Below are positions 57,530 through 64,000 of a stretch of 64,000 nt of DNA, piece by piece. The DNA lies in sequence record NC_005083.2; one strand, given 5' to 3'. Below the pieces are notes generated by a model. It was not told the DNA's origin. It saw nothing but the letters and a program-made list of their open reading frames with translations, and did not search any database. Made by a program: the position numbers and the translations under genes. Every line of letters starts with the position of its first letter. Position 1 is the stretch's first letter.

Positions 57530-57718
57530 CTAATCACAACACAACCCAATATCGTGCGCTTTAATTACGGGATTGATGACCCGTTCGCATGTGATTAGCG
57601 TAAAAGTATGATTACGCACCTTTTCTTCTTCAATGTCCAAGGCAAAGAGGACTATGAATACCAGTGCGAGAAGATATACAATCAAATTGCTCACCTCGCT
57701 TAATAAGTGAGAGTACAT
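57530..57718 (-). CDS. small membrane protein
   Basis: hydrophobic LIVYLLALVFIVLFAL. Confidence 0.45.
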   Translation of the reverse strand: MYSHLLSEVSNLIVYLLALVFIVLFALDIEEEKVRNHTFTLITCERVINPVIKAHDIGLCCD

Positions 57719-57845
57719 TGGTCGAGTGTAACGGAATCGAACCGTTCCCACGATCTCCCTATGATATGCGTAAATTGGTTGCTGAATATAATCATGTCTG
57801 ATTACAGTATGCTACGTGTGCTGCCACTACACCAACACTCGACCA
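57719..57845 (-). ncRNA. tRNA-mimic RNA (GACA hairpin, CAGCAA), paralog of 57327
   Basis: taatca-GACA-tgatta-tatt-CAGCAA; aacggTTCGAttccgtt. Confidence 0.8.
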
Positions 57846-57857
57846 ATATACTCTCGA

Positions 57858-58007
57858 TATTTTAAATGTGCGCTACTTGCACGCCGACTGAGCGAATTTT
57901 AACTCAGCTAGTTTTTGTTTGAGACATCGTCCGCTAAGACTATTCTCTGCATGCCAGAACTTATACTGGCTCTATGTATTCATTTCGGCTAACGCACATT
58001 TAAAATA
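57858..58007. ncRNA. structured element closed by a 16-bp perfect stem
   Basis: atattttaaatgtgcg/cgcacatttaaaatat. Confidence 0.5.
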
Positions 58008-58010
58008 TTA

Positions 58011-58114
58011 CTCATCTTCAGAGAAGAGACAGAAACGATGAGTCTAGTCTGTTTAATCAATGTTGTTCATCTTCAAGAAGAGGCGAGAACGATGAACTTA
58101 GCTCGCTTAATCAA
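58011..58114. repeat. two ~50-nt tandem units with crossed covarying stems
   Basis: ctcatc/gatgag plus acaga/tctgt; ttcatc/gatgaa plus gcgag/ctcgc. Confidence 0.75.
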
Positions 58115-58258
58115 CTGTGTTAATCTTATCAGCTTCTCAGCGAAAGTCAACATCTTTTTCAAATATTTCATCGAGTTGAAAGTTTGTTTTCTGTCTCTCG
58201 ACTCGATGAAATACATTCTACATCCTTTTCAGATGAAGTCAACAACTATTTTAACTTT

Positions 58259-58513
58259 TTAAACGGAAATGATAATGCCGCTTTCAGTCTCACCTCGTTC
58301 AAGCGCAGCGTGCTTGATCTGAAGTTGTGATACTGCTTGCTGAAGTTCAATAATAGCTTTGTCATAAAGCTTGTTGTTCTCTTTAAGCAAAGCAATCTGA
58401 TCGGTCTGCATACCAATGATGTACGTTAGTAGAACAACGTTCTCATCAGTCGTCAGCGTTTCAGGCGCTTCATTGTACTTCTTCAGCACCGCTTCGGTAG
58501 ATAGATCAGTCAT
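58259..58513 (-). CDS. coiled-coil hypothetical protein
   Basis: coupled to gp57B. Confidence 0.6.
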   Translation of the reverse strand: MTDLSTEAVLKKYNEAPETLTTDENVVLLTYIIGMQTDQIALLKENNKLYDKAIIELQQAVSQLQIKHAALERGETESGIIISV

Positions 58514-58961
58514 TATTAGCAACCCATTCTAGATCTAATGGTTCGATATATTCATCGACAAGGCGAACCTCTGTATTGATGAACATAGGGGTAATTACGT
58601 CGTCATAAGACAATGTGACGTGCGGAGTATAGTCAGGGTAATCGTGAGTACCACCGATAGAGATAAGGTCTTCGTGACGTTCTACAAGAGCAGGACATGA
58701 CATCTTAGCAACGACCGCGTGTTTACCGTCTTGCGTTTTCCAACAGTCAACTTGTTCAACAGTGGCAACGAAAGTGGTATCTACAACGGGCACATCAATT
58801 TGCTTACGACTATAAAGCACAGTCACGTGGAATTTATCGGGATCTAACGGATTTTTTAGACGAAGCGTTTTTTGCAAGCGAACTAGTTCTTGCTTACTTG
58901 CTTCGTCTAATTTGATACCAACGTAAGTTCCCTGACTCTCAAGGAACTTAGATAGTTTCAT
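58506..58961 (-). CDS. 57B: gp57B, 2H phosphoesterase / RNA-ligase-like
   Basis: HVTVLYS and PHVTLSY 2H motifs; synteny. Confidence 0.88.
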   Translation of the reverse strand: MKLSKFLESQGTYVGIKLDEASKQELVRLQKTLRLKNPLDPDKFHVTVLYSRKQIDVPVVDTTFVATVEQVDCWKTQDGKHAVVAKMSCPALVERHEDLISIGGTHDYPDYTPHVTLSYDDVITPMFINTEVRLVDEYIEPLDLEWVANND

Positions 58962-59227
58962 TATTCAGCTTCTTTCTCTTTTTCGCCGTCGCCTTCTACA
59001 GGGCGTTCAGCTTTACCGGTTAGATAAGCGACTTCATCAACATAGTTCTGTAGAGAACTTGCTTTTTCTTGATCGAAGTCTAGCAGTTGAGCTAGTACAC
59101 CAACGAATTGACCAAATGAATTGCGTTCAGCTTGAAGTGCTTCTTGCAAGTCAAATGTACGAACTTTCAGATCTTTGATTTGCGCGTCTTTCTGTTCGAT
59201 TACTTGTTCTGGAGTTTGTTGTGACAT
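58961..59227 (-). CDS. 57A: gp57A tail fibre chaperone
   Basis: IKDLKVRTFDLQE resembles T4 gp57A; synteny. Confidence 0.75.
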   Translation of the reverse strand: MSQQTPEQVIEQKDAQIKDLKVRTFDLQEALQAERNSFGQFVGVLAQLLDFDQEKASSLQNYVDEVAYLTGKAERPVEGDGEKEKEAE

Positions 59228-59236
59228 TTCTTCACC

Positions 59237-59875
59237 TTAAAATAATTTGTTGATTTGTTCATGTAGTTCTTCAAGAGAACCATTATTGTCTATTTGAATT
59301 GCATCTTTGATAAAACCCAATTCAGTATCGCTAACGTGATTAGATGCAAGCGAACCTTCTCGGTTAACTTGAAGCATCGTGCCACCAAGCTCTTGTACCA
59401 ATTCTAATTCGTTTTGAAAACGAACATCAGTGATTATAAACACCAAATCCGGGTTTTTAAACACTAGCTCATTGTATTTATTACGTGCGTAATTGATCCA
59501 ATGTTGATCATCAAGCGAACGTGCAACGTCAGTGCCAGTCATTTGCAGTAAATCACGAATGCTGAACAGTTTCGTGTGAGGGAGCAACGTGTAGTAGACA
59601 TAATCATAATCAGCGTCTACATTCGCGTACTCACAACAAGTCAAAACAAGTTCAATTGCTTCGTCGAGGGTAAATGTCGGGACTTCTCTATCAAAATTGT
59701 TTTGCCCGTCGATGTCTGCATACTCATAGCCATATTCTTTCAATCCAATGTACAAACCCTCTTTAATCGGGTCTGCAAACTTGTAAATGTAAGCATTATC
59801 ACTATGAATATCTTGAATGGCTTGAGCTACAGTATCTTTGCCTGAGCGTTTTTGTCCATTTATTCCTATTATCAT
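59237..59875 (-). CDS. 1: dNMP kinase gp1
   Basis: GQKRSGKDT, FADPIK, RDLLQ..GTD, DVRFQNE. Confidence 0.92.
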   Translation of the reverse strand: MIIGINGQKRSGKDTVAQAIQDIHSDNAYIYKFADPIKEGLYIGLKEYGYEYADIDGQNNFDREVPTFTLDEAIELVLTCCEYANVDADYDYVYYTLLPHTKLFSIRDLLQMTGTDVARSLDDQHWINYARNKYNELVFKNPDLVFIITDVRFQNELELVQELGGTMLQVNREGSLASNHVSDTELGFIKDAIQIDNNGSLEELHEQINKLF

Positions 59876-59963
59876 AATGAGTTACCAGTCAATAGTGTGT
59901 TTCGTCTCTTGATTATACGACGAAAGTGCTATCTTCTAAACATGCACCAGCCATACTAGTTTC

Positions 59964-60060
59964 TCTAATATTTCTAATATCCCTAACTTCACTAAAACTA
60001 CTAATACTACTAAGATGATGCCCAATTTTTGGGCCTCAAATCCAAACCTGCCGCTTCGCT
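59964..60060 (-). repeat. hairpin plus TAG-iteron element, copy 2
   Basis: reverse complement of 5638..5732 with compensatory stem changes. Confidence 0.9.
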
Positions 60061-60074
60061 CTAGATTCAGATAC

Positions 60075-60100
60075 AAAAAAAGCCCCGATAGGGGCTTATT
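60075..60100 (-). terminator. terminator after gp3
   Basis: aagcccc-tatc-ggggctt-T run on minus strand. Confidence 0.8.
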
Positions 60101-60108
60101 GCTTGTGT

Positions 60109-60642
60109 CTAACCCATATAGGGTGTGATGACTTCTTCTTTGCCATCGACTTTATGGATCATTTCAAAGTATGAGTATTCAAACTCAACATCACACGTTA
60201 CAGTTTCAACATCACCTGCTTCAGTGTAGTTCCATTCAATAGCACTTAGAGACTTTGGAAACGCATTGACAAAGCGATACGTTGCAACAATCTTGTCTTT
60301 GTTATTGTCTAAAACATGAAGCAACATAGTAACTGGAACAATCCCGTCACTTGTACTAGCACCAGTTGGGTTATTCATAGTGATTAACCACTTGTATAAC
60401 TCAGCATAAGTACGCATTTCTTCATCGACCAGAAACTGAATCGACAGGTCATCGTAAGATGTACCAGAACCTGCTACATGGTTGTTAGCTAGTTTGGCAT
60501 ATTTGGGACCTCGTGTAATACTTGCAATTTCCATATTAACACCCGGGATAGTGGCAGTTTGAATCTGCCACTGAAACGTTTGTGTTGCGTTGTTATCTGG
60601 GATGTCGATTCGGAAATTATTCTTCATCGTCAAGTTTTTCAT
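60109..60642 (-). CDS. 3: tail tube terminator gp3
   Basis: IPG, YDDLSIQFLVDEEM..Y.ELYKW, F.NAFP..LS. Confidence 0.85.
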   Translation of the reverse strand: MKNLTMKNNFRIDIPDNNATQTFQWQIQTATIPGVNMEIASITRGPKYAKLANNHVAGSGTSYDDLSIQFLVDEEMRTYAELYKWLITMNNPTGASTSDGIVPVTMLLHVLDNNKDKIVATYRFVNAFPKSLSAIEWNYTEAGDVETVTCDVEFEYSYFEMIHKVDGKEEVITPYMG

Positions 60643-62612
60643 TAGTTCACGTTACCTCTTGTAGACGGAATCTTAGCTTCACCGCTTGTAGTCAATGGAC
60701 GAGTGAAGTTGGTTGTATTTTGCACTGAGCTTACAGCGTTGTTGACGAAGTTCGTCCCAACTTCTTTTGTTTGCTGTGCTGCTCTGTATGCTGCTTCACG
60801 CGCTGCTACAGCTTCTAAGATTACTGAACGCTTAATCTCTTGGAATGGCTTAATCAACCCTTCTTCAATCATACGTTGTCTCTCAGCAGCAACGATAGCG
60901 TCTTCTTGCATTTGCTTCTTCTCAACTTCAGCCGCTAGGAACTTGTCTAGGGATTCAGTTGAACTTGCTAATGACTCGACAGGTCGTTTGATTGCATCGG
61001 CAGCGTTCTTAGCACCGTCTATAACCGCTTGTGCTGTATTCTTAGCACCGTCTACGATCATATCCCCTGCTTTCCCTAGATAGTCAGTTTGATAGCGTGC
61101 ATTGAGTCTGTCCTTGACTTCAGCCTTGCTTGCGTCAATACGCGCTCGGTTGCCTTCGATGTCTGCGCCAGCAATGAACTTCTCCATGCCTTCTGACTTC
61201 AGAAAATCAGGTAGTGCATTTAATGCATTCACGACGAACTCTTTAACGTTTAACATTAGGTCATCTATTGCTAACATAAGAAGTCTGAATGAGTCAGGAA
61301 TTGATAGCCAACTTGCAATGATCTTATTAACCGCATTGACATACATTTGAAACGCACTTCTAACGAAAGAAGTTACTTTCTCGAAGCCAGATACGATTCC
61401 CTCAACTGCGCCTTCTGGTACAGCGTCTTTGATGTTTTCACCAACGATTCCAAACCATTCACCAATCCCTCGAACCATATCCGTGAACCAGTTCGAGATT
61501 ATACTGAATAGCATTGCTCGTTTTTCGGGGTCGCTAAAAATGTTCTTCAGTGCGGCGAAGATTCTGTCTAGCTCTTCTTCGAAGATTTTGTAAATACCAT
61601 AACCTGCAACCATTGCAACTAGAGCCGCTGGGTTTAGCATTATCGCAACCATTCTACCTAGACCTAAGAATAATTGACGAACAACAGTCCACATCCACCC
61701 TTTTATAGTGCCGCTCATATCAGTAGCAAGAGCTTGAACTATATTACCTGTTCCTTTACTAAACTTACCGAACCCTAGAAGAATGTTAGATGCGATTTTA
61801 CCGAGCGTTCCGAATTTCGTTGCAGTCGAAGCAGCCATTGCCATTGATGTACTGAATGTTACCAATTGACCGCCTAACATTACTAACCCAACACCGACAA
61901 GTCTGAATAATTTAGCAATCCAGCCTAGTTTTTCACCAGCAAGGTGATTCGCGATACGTCGCAGATCACTAGCTTGATTGCGCTGAACTTTCATATTCTC
62001 TTTGTAGCGTAGTTGTTCAGTCTTACGATTGCGAGTTTCGGTAACGACTTGATACGCGAAAATTTTCTTGTACAATGCGCTTATAAAGCCCACAGTCAAC
62101 GGAGCGTTGTTACCCGCACCGTTCTGTAGAAAACTGTTTAAATCGTCGGCAGCCGTCTTCTGAAGCCCTATAACGCGCTTCATGTCGTTGACTCTAAAGA
62201 TCAGACGTTCAAACCAACGATTAAAGCCCTCCTGCATACGTGCGAACTGCATTTTTGCAGTTAAGCGCATTTCTTGAATGCCACGATCAATACGAGACAA
62301 ATGTCCTTTAAAGTCAAGAGTAGTCTTGATAATATCCGTTAGTGATATAATCGAAGCACGAACTTTATTGGAAGTTTGCTCAAAGTTTTCGATAACGCGC
62401 TGAAACAGATTCTTTTGCTGCGCCACCGCCTTTTCGTTTGTTTTAAACACCGACTGCATAGTTTCGAGCATAGACGTGGTCGTAATATCAATGTTGTTGA
62501 TATGACGAGCGACACGCTGCATCGTATAAACTTCAGGTCGGTCTTCTTGTTGGAGAATGATATGATCTAATCTTCCGATTATCTCATTCATTTTCTTGTC
62601 GTCAGCCGCCAT
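60642..62612 (-). CDS. baseplate hub / tape-measure protein (gp29-like)
   Basis: 656-aa helical protein with hydrophobic centre, inside baseplate operon. Confidence 0.6.
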   Translation of the reverse strand: MAADDKKMNEIIGRLDHIILQQEDRPEVYTMQRVARHINNIDITTTSMLETMQSVFKTNEKAVAQQKNLFQRVIENFEQTSNKVRASIISLTDIIKTTLDFKGHLSRIDRGIQEMRLTAKMQFARMQEGFNRWFERLIFRVNDMKRVIGLQKTAADDLNSFLQNGAGNNAPLTVGFISALYKKIFAYQVVTETRNRKTEQLRYKENMKVQRNQASDLRRIANHLAGEKLGWIAKLFRLVGVGLVMLGGQLVTFSTSMAMAASTATKFGTLGKIASNILLGFGKFSKGTGNIVQALATDMSGTIKGWMWTVVRQLFLGLGRMVAIMLNPAALVAMVAGYGIYKIFEEELDRIFAALKNIFSDPEKRAMLFSIISNWFTDMVRGIGEWFGIVGENIKDAVPEGAVEGIVSGFEKVTSFVRSAFQMYVNAVNKIIASWLSIPDSFRLLMLAIDDLMLNVKEFVVNALNALPDFLKSEGMEKFIAGADIEGNRARIDASKAEVKDRLNARYQTDYLGKAGDMIVDGAKNTAQAVIDGAKNAADAIKRPVESLASSTESLDKFLAAEVEKKQMQEDAIVAAERQRMIEEGLIKPFQEIKRSVILEAVAAREAAYRAAQQTKEVGTNFVNNAVSSVQNTTNFTRPLTTSGEAKIPSTRGNVN

Positions 62613-62779
62613 TATTGTTGTTCCTTATTCTTTTCTTGAATGTAATGTATAAGCTGTGCGGCATAGATTTCACGCTCGAATAGAACCATCGTTTCTAAGT
62701 CGTGAAGAGAAAAATTGCCATGAGTGATCATGGCAAAGTTTTCCTTGTAATACTCTTCAAGTGAGTATCTACCGAGCAT
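62612..62779 (-). CDS. 51: baseplate hub assembly protein gp51-like (55 aa, not in ORF track)
   Basis: SLEEYYKENFAM..SLHDLE.M..FEREIY; follows gp26. Confidence 0.8.
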   Translation of the reverse strand: MLGRYSLEEYYKENFAMITHGNFSLHDLETMVLFEREIYAAQLIHYIQEKNKEQQ

Positions 62780-63627
62780 TATACGAAAAAATCTTCGATG
62801 CCTCTTAGCGTAACTTTCTCGTGATTACCACACTTAGGACATTTCACGTCAACGTATGTCGTGATGCGTGGAACTGAATCGACGAATGTCTGAACTTTTT
62901 TGAATGCTGCCGTATCAAGTTCGCCCATGATGTTCACAAGCTGCCCTTGCTCTTCAAGTTCTTCTTTGGTGTAAACAGTATCACCAACATGAACTTCTTT
63001 AATTGATTCAACCGCAATATTGAACAGACCTTGTGGTGTATTCGGGTCGTTGTTCTCATACACTCGAATTGTCGGGTGTTGGAGTTTGATAACAACTTTT
63101 GGGTTGACTCGAACTGTATCTTCACCTGTAAATTCAGGCACGAAAGCAGCTTTCAAGTCGATGTTGGTTCTGATACGCTCACCGCATAAGTGCTTCTCAG
63201 GTGCAAACACTGCTTCAATCGCTTCTTCGTTTGATTGATTCATAATCTCGGCAAAAATATCATCAGCAGATTTAGCCAGTTCAGCCTCTTCTTCTTCAGA
63301 AAGCTTTTGAAGTTCTTCTTCGGACTTCGGAGCACAGCAGTTGTATTCTGCTTGAATGTTAGTCACACCGTTACTGTTCATATACATATGCAGAAACAGA
63401 TACTCAGAGTCACCAACCGTCAGGTCATCCATTTTGATGTCAGATACAATGCAGTTTTCAAGACACTGTTCGATTGCGTCAATCTTCTCATCAGATTCAT
63501 TTGCGATAAGCAATGCTTTATGCTCTTTTGCAAGCATTGCACGCAGTTTAATTTCTTCACCAGTTGATGGTAGTTTTACAGTATATTGTGGCGCAGCAAG
63601 TACGCTAATATCAAATGCTTTAGTCAT
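62779..63627 (-). CDS. 26: baseplate hub subunit gp26
   Basis: P.Y.VKLPSTG..IK.RAML.KEHK.L; CPKCG..LRGIEDFF. Confidence 0.88.
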   Translation of the reverse strand: MTKAFDISVLAAPQYTVKLPSTGEEIKLRAMLAKEHKALLIANESDEKIDAIEQCLENCIVSDIKMDDLTVGDSEYLFLHMYMNSNGVTNIQAEYNCCAPKSEEELQKLSEEEEAELAKSADDIFAEIMNQSNEEAIEAVFAPEKHLCGERIRTNIDLKAAFVPEFTGEDTVRVNPKVVIKLQHPTIRVYENNDPNTPQGLFNIAVESIKEVHVGDTVYTKEELEEQGQLVNIMGELDTAAFKKVQTFVDSVPRITTYVDVKCPKCGNHEKVTLRGIEDFFV

Positions 63628-63638
63628 GATGTTTTACC

Positions 63639-64000
63639 TTAGAATAGACCTGAAATGGCTTCAGCGCCTGTATTGAAAAAGCTGTTATATGTTTTCTCGA
63701 AGTTTTGAGTAATACCCAGTTTATCCGAGATTGTGCTTGATAGATCTTCAGTCATGTATGTTGCGCTTTCGTAAACAAACTCGACTTCGAATTCAGCCAC
63801 TGCGTTGTTATTCTCGTATCCTAACTGAACCCCACCTACTCGAATTGGATACGCATTCTTCAAGCTAGTCATCGTAACCATTTCTGCGTTACGATTGTAT
63901 GTGTAAATCTCAATTGTTCGAGCATAGTTCGAGAAGAAACCGACTTGAGCAGAATCATTCGAATAAATCTGCTTAAACCAACCAAGTAACATTTTACGTT
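63639..64000 (-). CDS. tail-tube-fold baseplate protein (gp54/gp48-like), 5' end outside window
   Basis: NAYPI.VG.VQLGYE..EFEVEFVY. Confidence 0.7.
   Translation of the reverse strand, partial: RKMLLGWFKQIYSNDSAQVGFFSNYARTIEIYTYNRNAEMVTMTSLKNAYPIRVGGVQLGYENNNAVAEFEVEFVYESATYMTEDLSSTISDKLGITQNFEKTYNSFFNTGAEAISGLF

Noticed and set aside
55301-57845. tRNA genes with introns
   Set aside because: Inserts are too short for group I introns, and removing a segment after position 37 does not restore a 5-bp stem with a U33 loop in any of the five.
58011-58114. hammerhead ribozyme or preQ1 riboswitch
   Set aside because: GATGA lacks the CUGA core and the GAAA order is wrong; no preQ1 loop or A-rich tail consensus.

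Overview
A 64-kb segment of a large T4-like myovirus. Gene content (NAMPT, QueE, nrdABC, gp52, PhoH, large tRNA cluster, gp57B/57A/1/3/26) resembles marine Vibrio T4-like phages such as KVP40, though the host cannot be shown from sequence. Layout: (1-7.2 kb) early accessory ORFs with two 2OG-Fe(II) oxygenases; (7.2-13.2 kb) a late-promoter Ser/Thr-repeat protein followed by glycosyltransferase-like, QueC-like, NAMPT-paralog and two radical SAM genes; (13-22 kb) NAMPT, hypothetical ORFs, a third radical SAM and a glycosyltransferase; (22-36 kb) nrdA/B/C, SLT, AAA ATPase, gp52, QueE, an ART-like head protein, M15 peptidase, PhoH and a Tad2-like gene; (37-43.6 kb) two paralogous S74-chaperone tail fibres; (43.7-58.2 kb) an RNase H-like gene, a TROVE/vWA (DUF2828, Ro60-like) gene and a cREC-domain gene next to 29 tRNAs covering all 20 amino acids and many non-canonical RNAs; (58-64 kb) gp57B to baseplate genes. 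The main novel signal is a family of about 10 RNA elements sharing a 6-7 bp helix followed by a CNGCA(A) motif. Five are tRNA shells whose anticodon arm is replaced by a GAYA-loop hairpin exactly 10 nt before the motif, and one sequesters the start codon of the Ro-like gene, suggesting a phage Ro/Y-RNA-like system. Also notable is a ~95-bp element present twice in opposite orientation with compensatory hairpin changes. All protein family calls are from motif recognition; no database searches were run.
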